A stretch of 59,227 bases of DNA from an uncultured Eubacteriales bacterium (GCA_964477275.1 CAYZDV010000002.1:1-59227); one strand, 5' to 3'; shown: positions 45,036 to 54,318, counted from the first letter of the stretch. The notes: generated by a model not told the origin, from the letters alone. Numbers and translations: made by a program.

Positions 45036-45947
45036 ATGGCGATACTGGTCAACGAGAAATCCCGGGTGGTCGTCCAGGGGATAACCGGCCGCGAGGGCAT
45101 GGCGCGCACCAGTCTGATGAAGGACTACGGAACACAGGTGGTGGCCGGGGTGACTCCTGGAAAAGGCGGAGAAGAGGTGTATGGCATTCCTGTCTTCGAC
45201 TCGGTGGAAGAAGCCTTCGAGGAGACGGGGCCGCTCGATGCGAGCGTCATCTTTGTCCCCGCCTTCCTGGTCAAGGACGCGGCCCTGGAGGCGATCGAGG
45301 CGGGAGTGAAACTCCTGGTCCTCGTCCCCGACCGGGTGCCCATCTATGATGTCCTGGAGATTGCCCGCCTGGCTCGGGAGAAAGGAGCCTGTTTTGTCGG
45401 GCCCAATACCCTCGGCCTGGTCAGCCCGGGAAAAGCGGTGCTGGGCATGATTGGCGGCCGGGCCGAGCGGGCCAGGGAATGGTTTTGTCCGGGCGATGTC
45501 GGAGTCAGCTCGAGAAGCGGCGGCATGACCTCTGCGATCTCGTATTACATGACCACGGCCGGCTTCGGCCAGAGCACCATCATCCATGTCGGCGGGGACG
45601 CGGTGGTCGGCCTTTCCCATCCCGAAGTCATGGAGCTCTTCGAGCAGGATGAGGAGACGCGGCTGGCGGTGATGTTCGGGGAAATCGGCACCAGCCAGGA
45701 AGAGCGCGTGGCCGACCTCATTGAGGCAGGGAATTTCACCAAGCCCCTGGTGGCCTATATCGGCGGAAAAGCGGCCAAGTCTGGAACCCGCTTCTCCCAT
45801 GCCGGGGCTATCGTCGAGGGCAGCCGGGGATCCTATGAAAGCAAAGTCGAGCGGCTGAGAGAGGCGGGCGTCCATCTGGCCGAATCGGTCGCCGACATCC
45901 CGGGAATTATCAGCCGCCTGAAGGGGAAAAAGGGAGGAACGAGATGA
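45036..45947 (+). CDS. Succinyl-CoA synthetase alpha-like subunit (citryl-CoA synthetase small-subunit-like)
   Basis: 303 aa, collinear with SucD: VVVQGITGREG, GVTPGKGG, SRSGGMTS, GFGQST, and the phosphohistidine loop SHAGAI. Confidence 0.85.
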   Translation: MAILVNEKSRVVVQGITGREGMARTSLMKDYGTQVVAGVTPGKGGEEVYGIPVFDSVEEAFEETGPLDASVIFVPAFLVKDAALEAIEAGVKLLVLVPDRVPIYDVLEIARLAREKGACFVGPNTLGLVSPGKAVLGMIGGRAERAREWFCPGDVGVSSRSGGMTSAISYYMTTAGFGQSTIIHVGGDAVVGLSHPEVMELFEQDEETRLAVMFGEIGTSQEERVADLIEAGNFTKPLVAYIGGKAAKSGTRFSHAGAIVEGSRGSYESKVERLREAGVHLAESVADIPGIISRLKGKKGGTR

Positions 45948-46723
45948 GCGAGCTTCACTGGAAAACAGCCATCACCGACGTCCAGCCGAATAAAATCTGC
46001 CTGAGAGGATATCCCATCGACAGATTGATGGGAAAGGTCTCCTTTGCTCAGGCCATCTACCTTGTCCTGAAAGGGGAGTTCCCGTCGACTGAGGTGGGGA
46101 AGCTCATCGATGCCATTTTCGTCTCTTCCATCGACCACGGCGCCAGCCCTCCTTCGGTGCTGACCGCCCGGACCGTGGCCTCGACCGGCGCTGAGCTGAA
46201 CGCCGCCATCGCCGCCGGTGTGCTGGCCATTTCCCGCTACCACGGAGGAGCGATCGAGGAGGGGATGCGCCTTTTCCTCGACATCGCTGGCCGGATGGAA
46301 GAGAGAAAGGCTCCGCTGGATGACGTCGCAGCTGAGGTCCTGGAAGAGATGAAGGCAGAAAAAAAGCGGGCGTCTGGTTTCGGCCACCGCATCCACACCA
46401 GGGACCCCAGGACCCAGAAGCTCTTCGATATGGCTGAGGAACTGGGTCTGGCCGGAACGCATGTCCGCATTGCCCGGGCTGTGGAAAAGGTGCTGGAGAG
46501 ACAGGCCGGCAAACCCCTTCCCATTAACGTGGACGGCGCCATCGCTGCCCTGCTCTGCGACCTCGGCCTGCCTTCCGAGGTTGGCAACGCCTTCTTCATC
46601 ATCGCCCGGGTGCCGGGCCTGGTGGCCCATATCCATGAGGAAAAAATCCGGATGAGGCCGATGAGAAAAATTCATCCTGAGGACTACGCGTATGACGGCC
46701 CGCCGGAAAGGGAAGTCAAATGA
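45944..46723 (+). CDS. Short citrate-synthase-family protein (citryl-CoA lyase-like)
   Basis: 259 aa, corresponding only to the catalytic C-terminal part of citrate synthase (RYHGGAIEE, GFGHRIHTRDPR). It has an ATGA overlap with the upstream gene. Confidence 0.75.
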   Translation: MSELHWKTAITDVQPNKICLRGYPIDRLMGKVSFAQAIYLVLKGEFPSTEVGKLIDAIFVSSIDHGASPPSVLTARTVASTGAELNAAIAAGVLAISRYHGGAIEEGMRLFLDIAGRMEERKAPLDDVAAEVLEEMKAEKKRASGFGHRIHTRDPRTQKLFDMAEELGLAGTHVRIARAVEKVLERQAGKPLPINVDGAIAALLCDLGLPSEVGNAFFIIARVPGLVAHIHEEKIRMRPMRKIHPEDYAYDGPPEREVK

Positions 46724-47256
46724 GAAGAGACGAGATTCTCTCTTTAATGCCCGAGCTGCGGATCATCGGGGACGCCGAGCTCAAGGAAAAAACGATCACT
46801 GTCTGGGTCGAAGCCATCAAAAAAGGCGGATGGACCGCAGATGACCTCCAGCGCATGCCGTTCACTTTGCTCATCGAAGGGACAGGGGTGAACATCATCG
46901 AGCACACCCGGGCGGTCACCCTCTGTTCGCTGGAGATCCACCGCGTGTTAAAGGAGATGTACGAGGAGAGAATTGACATCAACCGGGATTATCTTCTCTC
47001 CGGCGCCCTTCTTCACGATGTGGGAAAGCTGTTCGAGTACAGGAAAGTGAAGGAGAAATTCCTCAAGAGCGGGGAGGGAAAGCTTCTCCGTCATCCGATT
47101 TCCGGCGCTGCCTTTGCCTCCCGGCACGGGCTTCCGCCTGAGGTGGTCCACATCATCGCCGCTCATTCCAAGGAAGGCGACGGAGCCCGGGCGACGGTGG
47201 AAGCGGTGATCGTCAACCATGCGGATTTCGTCAATTTCGAGGCCCTGAAGCTTTAG
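46720..47256 (+). CDS. HD-domain metal-dependent phosphohydrolase
   Basis: 178 aa with the H...HD...H...D pattern (IIEHTRAV, LLHDVGK, LLRHPISG, NHADF). It has an ATGA overlap with the upstream gene. Confidence 0.75.
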   Translation: MRRDEILSLMPELRIIGDAELKEKTITVWVEAIKKGGWTADDLQRMPFTLLIEGTGVNIIEHTRAVTLCSLEIHRVLKEMYEERIDINRDYLLSGALLHDVGKLFEYRKVKEKFLKSGEGKLLRHPISGAAFASRHGLPPEVVHIIAAHSKEGDGARATVEAVIVNHADFVNFEALKL

Positions 47257-47274
47257 ACTCTAAAGGAGGGATGC

Positions 47275-48528
47275 TTGGGCAAGACGTTCTCGGAGAAGAT
47301 CCTCGGCCGCAAGGCTGGCCGCGAGGTTCGAGCCGGTGAGGTCATCACGGCCTCCCCGGATTTCATTCTCTCCCATGATAATTCCGCGGCTATCATCCAG
47401 GAATTCCAGAAGCTGGGCGTGGAGAGAGTGAGCTGCCCCCGGAAGCTGGTCATCATCCTCGACCACGTGGTCCCTGCCTCCACCGAAAAATACGCCCTGA
47501 ACCACAAGATGATCCGGGAGTTCGTCAAGGTGCAGGAACTCTCCCACTTCTTCGATGTCAGCCACGGAATCTGCCACCAGGTTTTCCCAGAGAATGGATT
47601 TGCCCTGCCCGGGAAACTGATCCTGGGTGCTGACTCCCATACCACGACCTATGGCGCGTTTGGCGCCTTCTCAGCCGGCATCGGCCGCTCGGAAGTGGCC
47701 GCTCTCTGGGCCACCGATGAGACCTGGTTGAAGGTTCCGGAGACGCTGAGAGTGGTCATCGAAGGCCGGCTTCCTCCGGGAGTCTATGCCAAGGACATTA
47801 TTCTCAGGGTCATCGGCGACCAGGGTGCAGACAGAGCCAACTACATGGCTGTGGAGTTTGGCGGTGATGTGGTGAAGCAGTTAAGTCTGGCTTCCCGGAT
47901 GGTGCTCTGCAACATGAGTGCCGAGATGGGCGCCAAGAACGGCTACTGCGAGCCGGACCAAAAGCTTCTCCGCTGGCTCCGGGGACGGGCTCAGGATGAG
48001 TTTGAGGTGGTCGTCTCCGACCCGGATGCCACATATGAACAAACGCTCCATTACGATGTCTCTTCTCTGGAGCCGCAGGTGGCCTGCCCTCACAGCGTGG
48101 ACAATGTCCGGCCGGTCTCCGAAGTCGAGGGAACGGAGTTTGATCAGGCACTGCTCGGCACCTGCACCAACGGCCGGCTCGAGGATCTGGAGGCGGCGGC
48201 CAGAATCCTCGGGGGTAAGGCCGTCCGCTCCGGAGTGAGGGTTCTGGTCATTCCGGCCTCCCGGCAGGAATACCTGATGGCTCTGCGGAAAGGAGTCATT
48301 GAAGCCCTGGCTGCTGCAGGCTGTCTTATCCTCAACCCGGGCTGCGGACCCTGTCTCGGGGCGCACCAGGGAATTCTGGCTCCCGGCGAGGTGGCCCTGA
48401 GCACAGCCAACCGGAATTTCCGCGGCCGGATGGGAAGCCGGGATGCGGAGATCTACCTGGCCTCACCGGCGACAGTGGCGGCCTCGGCCCTGGAGGGAAA
48501 AATCACCGACCCGAGGAAATATTCATGA
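47275..48528 (+). CDS. Aconitase-family dehydratase large subunit (LeuC/HacA type), paralogue 1
   Basis: 417 aa with GADSHTT, cluster Cys in GTCTNGR and NPGCGPCLG, and substrate motif NRNFRGRMG. The start is TTG. Confidence 0.85.
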   Translation: MGKTFSEKILGRKAGREVRAGEVITASPDFILSHDNSAAIIQEFQKLGVERVSCPRKLVIILDHVVPASTEKYALNHKMIREFVKVQELSHFFDVSHGICHQVFPENGFALPGKLILGADSHTTTYGAFGAFSAGIGRSEVAALWATDETWLKVPETLRVVIEGRLPPGVYAKDIILRVIGDQGADRANYMAVEFGGDVVKQLSLASRMVLCNMSAEMGAKNGYCEPDQKLLRWLRGRAQDEFEVVVSDPDATYEQTLHYDVSSLEPQVACPHSVDNVRPVSEVEGTEFDQALLGTCTNGRLEDLEAAARILGGKAVRSGVRVLVIPASRQEYLMALRKGVIEALAAAGCLILNPGCGPCLGAHQGILAPGEVALSTANRNFRGRMGSRDAEIYLASPATVAASALEGKITDPRKYS

Positions 48529-49031
48529 AGAAAGGAAGAGTCTGGAAATACGGCGATAATGTCAACACAGATGTCATCTTCCCGGGCAAATACACATACT
48601 CGGTGCTCGAACCGGCGGAGATGGCCCGGCATGCGCTGGAAGACCTGGACCCGGATTTCAGCCGGAACGTCAGGGCCGGCGATGTCGTTGTCGCGGGCCG
48701 CAACTTCGGCTGCGGAAGCTCGCGGGAGCAGGCAGCCACCTGCCTCAGGACTTCCGGCATCCAGGCTGTTGTGGCCAAATCCTTTGCCCGGATTTTCTAC
48801 CGCAACGCCATCAACCAGGGGCTTCCGGCCCTCCAGTCCGAGGAGGCGGCCGAGAAGATCGAAAACGGAGAGGAAATTGCCATCGATTTTGCCCGGGGCG
48901 AGATCAAAACAGAAAAAGGACTGTTTCCCTTCAACCCTTTCCCCGATTCGGTCCTGGGCATTCTGGAGGAGGGAGGCCTCATTCCCTACACCATGAAAAA
49001 ATTGAAGAAGGCGCGGAGGAGGTGTCCATGA
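48525..49031 (+). CDS. Aconitase-family dehydratase small subunit (LeuD/HacB type), paralogue 1
   Basis: 168 aa with [27 protein letters not shown] and [11 protein letters not shown]. It overlaps upstream by 4 nt. Confidence 0.85.
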   Translation: MKKGRVWKYGDNVNTDVIFPGKYTYSVLEPAEMARHALEDLDPDFSRNVRAGDVVVAGRNFGCGSSREQAATCLRTSGIQAVVAKSFARIFYRNAINQGLPALQSEEAAEKIENGEEIAIDFARGEIKTEKGLFPFNPFPDSVLGILEEGGLIPYTMKKLKKARRRCP

Positions 49032-50143
49032 AAAGGTACAGAATTGCCGTGCTCCCCGGAGATGGCGTGGGAAAGGATGTCATGGAAGCAGCCATGATCG
49101 TGCTGGAGACACTCAAGCTCGATGCGGAATACGTTCAGGGTGATATCGGATGGGAGTTCTGGTGCCGGGAAGGAAATCCCCTTCCCGATCGGACGGTCAA
49201 AATGCTCAAGGAGACCGATGTCTGCCTGTTCGCAGCCATCACCTCCAAGCCCAAGGAGGATGCCCTCAGAGAGCTCGACCCGGGGTTGAGGAACAAGGGA
49301 TATTCCTATTTCAGCCCCATCGTCCGCCTGCGTCAGGAATTCGACCTCTACACCAACCTCCGGCCCTGCAAAGCCTATCCCGGCAACTCGCTCAATTACC
49401 GCGATGATATCGACCTCGTCATCTTCCGGGAGAACACCGAGGGGATGTACGCGGGCGTGGAATTCCATCCACTTCCCGAAGAAGTGCGTCAGGGGCTGCT
49501 CATCCATCCCAAGATGGCCAGGTTCAGGGATATTCCCGCTGAGGAGGTCGCCCTCTCAACCAGGATCATGACCCGGAAAGCCTGCCAGAGAATTGTCAGG
49601 CGAGCCTTCGAATACGCACAAAAGCGGAAGCGCCGCTCCGTGACCCTGGTGGAGAAGCCAAATGTGCTTCGCGAGACAGGGGGGTTCATCCTCGATATCG
49701 CCAGAGATATTGCCAGAGAGTTCCCGGATGTGGAATTCCGGGAGGCCAACGTCGATGCCATGGCCATGTGGCTGGTCAAGAATCCGCAGGACTACGATGT
49801 CCTGGTGGCTGAAAACCTCTTTGGCGACATCATTTCCGACCTCGCCGCCCAGCTGGTCGGCGGACTCGGCTTTGCCTGCAGCGGCAATATCGGCGACGCG
49901 TATGCGGTCTTTGAGCCGACCCACGGCTCGGCTCCCAAGTATACCGGCCTCTACAAGGTGAACCCGACAGCGATGCTCCTGGCCGCCAAGATGATGCTGG
50001 AATGGCTGGGAGAAGAGGAGAAGGCGCGCCGCCTGGAAGAGGCTGTCGCCCGGGTCATCCAGGAGGGAAAGGTCCGGACCTACGACATGGGCGGCGGCGC
50101 CACCACGCTCGATGTGGCCCGCGAAGTCGCCTCAAAGCTATAA
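49028..50143 (+). CDS. Isocitrate / homoisocitrate / 3-isopropylmalate dehydrogenase family enzyme
   Basis: About 371 aa with [37 protein letters not shown] and [12 protein letters not shown]. An inserted segment after RENTEG resembles the ICDH branch. ATG 49028 overlaps the upstream TGA. Confidence 0.8.
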   Translation: MKRYRIAVLPGDGVGKDVMEAAMIVLETLKLDAEYVQGDIGWEFWCREGNPLPDRTVKMLKETDVCLFAAITSKPKEDALRELDPGLRNKGYSYFSPIVRLRQEFDLYTNLRPCKAYPGNSLNYRDDIDLVIFRENTEGMYAGVEFHPLPEEVRQGLLIHPKMARFRDIPAEEVALSTRIMTRKACQRIVRRAFEYAQKRKRRSVTLVEKPNVLRETGGFILDIARDIAREFPDVEFREANVDAMAMWLVKNPQDYDVLVAENLFGDIISDLAAQLVGGLGFACSGNIGDAYAVFEPTHGSAPKYTGLYKVNPTAMLLAAKMMLEWLGEEEKARRLEEAVARVIQEGKVRTYDMGGGATTLDVAREVASKL

Positions 50144-50155
50144 AAAAAATATCAG

Positions 50156-51421
50156 ATGGGCAAGACAATCATCGAGAAAATCATCCAGGAGCACAGCCGG
50201 GAAGAGGTCCGGCCGGGAAAGATCGTCTGGATGGACATTGACCTTCGCACGGCCCGGGACTTCGGCGGCCCCAACGTGGTCAAGCACTATGAAAGGGAAT
50301 ATGATGACCTGCCGGTTGCTGACAGGAAGAAGACCTTCTTCACCTTTGACCTCTGCGTCCCGGCCTGCATGCTCAAATACGCCTCGGGCCAGCAAATCTG
50401 CCGGCAGTTTGCCAGAAAACAGGAAGTCAGGGTCTTTGATGTGGAAAACGGAATCGGCTCCCATGTCCTGATCGAGGAAGGCCTGGCCAGGCCGGGGACG
50501 ACCGTTGTCGGGACCGACAGCCACCTCAACATCCTCGGCGCAGTGGGTTCGTTCGGCCAGGGGATGGGCGATGTGGACATCGCCTTTGCTTTCAGGACAG
50601 GAAAGACCTGGTTTGAGGTTCCCCGGACCATCCGGGTCAACGTGAAAGGCCGTACCGGCCCCGCAGCAACGGCCAAAGACCTCACCCTTTACCTCCTGAA
50701 GCTGCTGGGGACGAAGGTGGCGGCCCTGAAGGCCGTCGAGTTCTACGGCGAGGCAGTGAGGGAGCTCACGCTTTCCGGCCGGATCACTCTCTGCAGCATG
50801 GTCACAGAGATGGCCGGCATCGCCGGTTTCATTCCCGAGAGCAGCAGGTCTTTTCTCTCCGACATGGAAATCCTGTGGGCAGAGAAGTTTCTCCATCCTG
50901 TGGCCGATTCCGACTGCGCCTATTCGGAACTCCTGGAGGTCGATGTGAGCGGGCTCGGCCCTCAGGTGGCCGTGCCCTTTTCTCCGGATAAGGTGGAGGA
51001 TGTTTCCGGGCTCAAGAAAATCAAAATCGACACGGGATTCATCGGCTCCTGCACCAACGGCCGCAGCGAAGACCTGGCCCTCGCCGCCCGCATCCTCAAA
51101 GGGAAGAAAATCAAGGATGGGGTGACGCTCAAGGTTGTCCCGGCCACCCGGCGGGTTTACCGGGAAATCCTGGAGAAGGGCATCCTGGAGGACCTTTTCC
51201 GCAGCGGCGCGGTGATCGGAAACCCGGGCTGCGCCGGCTGTGCCGAGGGCCATATCGGCCTGACGGGCGAGGGTGAGGTTCAAATCAGCACCGGCAACCG
51301 GAATTTTGCCGGCAAGCAGGGAAAGGGAATGACCTATCTGGCCAGTCCCGCGGTGGTGGCTGCGTCCTGTCTGGCTGGTCACATCGCCAGTCCCCAAGAT
51401 GTAGAGAGAGATGATGTATAA
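50156..51421 (+). CDS. Aconitase-family dehydratase large subunit, divergent paralogue 2
   Basis: 421 aa that retains the three cluster Cys (GSCTNGR, NPGCAGCAEG). It has GTDSHLN instead of DSHT and NRNFAGKQG instead of NRNFxGR. Confidence 0.8.
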   Translation: MGKTIIEKIIQEHSREEVRPGKIVWMDIDLRTARDFGGPNVVKHYEREYDDLPVADRKKTFFTFDLCVPACMLKYASGQQICRQFARKQEVRVFDVENGIGSHVLIEEGLARPGTTVVGTDSHLNILGAVGSFGQGMGDVDIAFAFRTGKTWFEVPRTIRVNVKGRTGPAATAKDLTLYLLKLLGTKVAALKAVEFYGEAVRELTLSGRITLCSMVTEMAGIAGFIPESSRSFLSDMEILWAEKFLHPVADSDCAYSELLEVDVSGLGPQVAVPFSPDKVEDVSGLKKIKIDTGFIGSCTNGRSEDLALAARILKGKKIKDGVTLKVVPATRRVYREILEKGILEDLFRSGAVIGNPGCAGCAEGHIGLTGEGEVQISTGNRNFAGKQGKGMTYLASPAVVAASCLAGHIASPQDVERDDV

Positions 51422-51522
51422 TGGGGTTGTTCCAAAGCGGTGGGACAAAATGAGAGGAAGTTCCTTTTCAGGATGTCAATGAATTCGCGCCGGAATTTAA
51501 CCAAATAAACAATAGAGACAGG

Positions 51523-52065
51523 ATGAAAGAATCGCGCATTTCGGGAAGGATCTGGGTGCTGGCCGGCGAAGACGGCCGTCTGATCGAGGATGTCGATACC
51601 GACCAGATCTACCACAATGCCTTCCTTCATATTACCGACATCGCTGAGATGGGCCAGTATGCTCTGGGCAACCTGAAGGGATGGGAGGATTTCCCCCGCA
51701 AGGCCCGGCCAGGCGACGTTCTCGCTGCCGGCCGGAATTTTGGAGGCGGGTCCTCCCGCCAGCAGGCCGTGGACTGTTTTCGTTCCCTGAGCATCGGCCT
51801 GATCCTGGCGCCTTCTTTTGGAGCCATATATTTCCGGAACGCCGTCAACTCCGGCCTGCCCGTTCTCAGATGCGTTGGCCTTGAGGAACTGGTTGCAGAC
51901 AAGCGCTTTCGGAACGGCGATGATGTTCGAGTCGATCTCCGCTCCGGCAAAGGCCTGAACGTCAGCCGGAATTTCTCTTTTCCGGTGATGCCGATGAGTT
52001 CTATTCAGCTCGAGATCTTCGAGGCCGGCGGACTTTTCCATTACGGAAGAAAAATCCAGAAGTAG
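51523..52065 (+). CDS. Aconitase-family dehydratase small subunit, divergent paralogue 2
   Basis: 180 aa with DVDTDQIYHNAF, GRNFGGGSSRQQA (canonical GCGSSREHA) and FGAIYFRNAVN. Confidence 0.8.
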   Translation: MKESRISGRIWVLAGEDGRLIEDVDTDQIYHNAFLHITDIAEMGQYALGNLKGWEDFPRKARPGDVLAAGRNFGGGSSRQQAVDCFRSLSIGLILAPSFGAIYFRNAVNSGLPVLRCVGLEELVADKRFRNGDDVRVDLRSGKGLNVSRNFSFPVMPMSSIQLEIFEAGGLFHYGRKIQK

Positions 52066-52075
52066 AGGAGAAAGG

Positions 52076-52756
52076 ATGATTTTTCTGGCCGTGGACACGA
52101 CCACTTTTTCCGGGTCAGTCGCCCTTCTGAAGGGAACAGAGCTCCTCGGCGAAGTCAACATCGAATCCTCCGTAACCTTTTCGGAGCGCCTTCTTCCGGC
52201 CGTGGACTTCCTCCTCAGGGCTCACGGTCTGACCATCGAGGAGATGGAAGGCTATGCCCTTGCCGTGGGTCCGGGTTCCTTCACCGGAATCCGCATCGGG
52301 TTGAGCACCGTCAAATCTTTTGCCTATGCTTCGGGAAAGCCGGTGGCCCCGGTCTCCACCCTGAAGGCCCTGGCCTTGAAGTTGAGCCATCCCCGGGGCC
52401 GTCTCATCTGCCCCCTGCTGGATGCGAAAAAAGGGGAAATTTTCGCTGCCCTTTTTGAAACAGGACGAGGAGAGTTAAGGGAGGTGGTTCGCCAGGGCGC
52501 CTACAAGCCCGACCAGTTCCTTTCCCTCCTTCCTGCCCACCGGATCATTTTCTTCATCGGAAACGGCGGCGAGGCTTACAGGGAGAAAATTGTCTCCTAT
52601 TTCCAGGACAGGGCCAGGTTTTCTCCCCGCTCGCCCTTCATTGCTCATGAGGTGGGCTTGCTCGGCTACGCGCTTCTGGTGAAGAAAAAGGGTCTGAGCG
52701 CGCATCAACTGGAGCCCCTCTATTTTCGAAAATCGCAGGCGGAGAAGAATGATTAA
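52076..52756 (+). CDS. tsaB: tRNA t6A biosynthesis protein TsaB (YeaZ)
   Basis: 226 aa with the N-terminus MIFLAVDTTTFSGSVAL and the block VGPGSFTGIRIGLSTVKSFA. Confidence 0.88.
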   Translation: MIFLAVDTTTFSGSVALLKGTELLGEVNIESSVTFSERLLPAVDFLLRAHGLTIEEMEGYALAVGPGSFTGIRIGLSTVKSFAYASGKPVAPVSTLKALALKLSHPRGRLICPLLDAKKGEIFAALFETGRGELREVVRQGAYKPDQFLSLLPAHRIIFFIGNGGEAYREKIVSYFQDRARFSPRSPFIAHEVGLLGYALLVKKKGLSAHQLEPLYFRKSQAEKND

Positions 52757-53246
52757 GAAGGCCAAGATTCTTCCCGATTTCTTCACCCTGAGGCGGATGG
52801 AAGAAAGAGACCTGTCCGCTGTCCTGGAAATCGAGAACCTCTCCTACCCCAATCCCTGGCGAGAGATGACCTTCAGGGGAGAGATCCAGAACGCTGCCAT
52901 CTCTTTTCCCTACACCATCGACCATAAGTACCAGCAAAGGGTCATCGGCTACATCATTTTCTGGGTCGTGAAGGACAGGGCCCAGATCAACAATATCGCC
53001 ATTCACCCGGATTTCAGGCGGATGGGCGTGGCTGAGGCGGTCATGCGCCAGGTGCTGGATTTCATGCCCAGGGCAGGAGTGGAGCTGGCCACGCTGGAGG
53101 TCCGGCCTTCCAATGTCGCAGCCCGCTCATTGTACAAGAAGCTCGGTTTCGAGCTTCTCTGGGTCAGGCAAAACTACTACAATAACCCTCGCGAGGATGC
53201 CCTTATCCTGGGCAAATATTTCCGCCAACCCACCCGCCCTTCCTGA
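52749..53246 (+). CDS. rimI: Ribosomal-protein-alanine N-acetyltransferase
   Basis: 165 aa with the GNAT motif A IAIHPDFRRMGVAEAVM and the block LEVRPSNVAARSLYKKLGF. It shows the classic tsaB-rimI adjacency with an 8-nt overlap. Confidence 0.88.
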   Translation: MIKKAKILPDFFTLRRMEERDLSAVLEIENLSYPNPWREMTFRGEIQNAAISFPYTIDHKYQQRVIGYIIFWVVKDRAQINNIAIHPDFRRMGVAEAVMRQVLDFMPRAGVELATLEVRPSNVAARSLYKKLGFELLWVRQNYYNNPREDALILGKYFRQPTRPS

Positions 53247-53457
53247 TCATCGTCTTTCTATCGAGGAGTGAGGCAGGTCGCAGCCTGATTTTTCTTTTTC
53301 GCTCTCCTCGACCACAAGCATCGATGCAGTCAGGGCTTTCATCGTTTGTGAGCTCATCATGACGTGGTAATAAAAGTGGCGTCTCGAAGAATGAAGAAGA
53401 TTCCTTCGCTTTACCCGGAGCAGACATGATAATTTAATGATTTTTCTGGCGACTGCA

Positions 53458-54318
53458 TCAGTAAACGACCTTGATCAAGCATAGACCTTTAGCGGGCGCG
53501 GTCGGGCTGGCCAGCGAGCGCTTTTTCGCCCTGAAGAGGTCTTCAATCATATTCGGCGGCAATTTTCCCTTCCCGATTTCGAGCAGCGTGCCGACCATGG
53601 TGCGGGCCATGTATCTCAGGAAACCGTTGGCCTCCACGGTGTAGACGATTTCATCTCCTCTTTTCTGTATTTCGGAGCGGGTGACTCTGCGGACCGGGTC
53701 AAGGAAGCGGTTGGAGGAGAAGGCGGAGAAATCCGCTTTTCGGATGAAAAGGCGAGCCGCCTCCCTCATCCGGTTCACAGTGAGAAATCCGGGATGGTGG
53801 AGGGCGTAGCGGAAGAGAAAGGGGCTGATCAGCGGAGAGTTGACGATCCGGTACTGGTAGATTTTGGACCTGGCCATTTTTCTGGCGTGGAAGCCAATGG
53901 CTGTTTTCTCCAGAGAAACGATCCTGACATCCGGAGGAAGGAGCGCGTTCAAGGCCCGCTCGAGCTCTTCTTCCGTCAGGCTGATGGTCGCTTTGAAGTT
54001 TGCCGCTTGCTCCAGGGCATGGACGCCCGCGTCTGTCCGGCCAGCCCCGATCACATGGATGAGCTTGCCCGTGATCTGCGCCAGACAGTGTTCGAGGACA
54101 CCCTGGACAGTCCTCTTGTCCGGCTGGCGCTGCCAACCGTGGTAATCGGTCCCGTCGTAACTGAGCGTGGCTTTGAAGTTTGAAAAAAGGGGACAGGCCC
54201 CTTTTTTACTGGAAGGCGAACGCAACGGCTTCCTCCGGTGTGTCGGTTTTGATGACGCCCTCGATGTCCCACGCTCCCAGGCCGATGACTTTTTTGCCAT
54301 AGATGCCGGCATAAGCAA
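53458..54318 (-). CDS. truA: tRNA pseudouridine(38-40) synthase
   Basis: The core begins at KATLSYDGTDYHGWQRQ, and the catalytic Asp lies in GAGRTDAGVHA. The only in-frame ATGs (54318, 54312, 54300) lie inside the 3' end of the upstream gene, so the start is uncertain. Confidence 0.85.
   Translation of the reverse strand: MLMPASMAKKSSAWERGTSRASSKPTHRRKPLRSPSSKKGACPLFSNFKATLSYDGTDYHGWQRQPDKRTVQGVLEHCLAQITGKLIHVIGAGRTDAGVHALEQAANFKATISLTEEELERALNALLPPDVRIVSLEKTAIGFHARKMARSKIYQYRIVNSPLISPFLFRYALHHPGFLTVNRMREAARLFIRKADFSAFSSNRFLDPVRRVTRSEIQKRGDEIVYTVEANGFLRYMARTMVGTLLEIGKGKLPPNMIEDLFRAKKRSLASPTAPAKGLCLIKVVY
54183..54207 (-). terminator. Hairpin AAAAAAGGGGCCTGTCCCCTTTTTT immediately after the LOG-like stop codon
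   Basis: The core is the exact reverse complement of the galU terminator. The A-run overlaps the TAA stop at 54208-54206. Confidence 0.5.

Noticed and set aside
50138-51448. 436-aa ORF on the minus strand opposite the second LeuC-like gene
   Set aside because: It is antisense to a gene carrying aconitase-family Fe-S motifs, and the antisense product has no motifs. The same reasoning applies to 9942-11120(-), 1758-2768(-), 39852-40841(+), 25881-26813(-), 44973-45875(-) and 33709-34308(+).
53261-53311. TCGAGGAG ... CTCCTCGA inverted repeat between the convergent rimI and truA genes
   Set aside because: The stem is 8 bp with a 35-nt loop and no flanking U-tract. It may contribute to termination, but the evidence is too weak to call.
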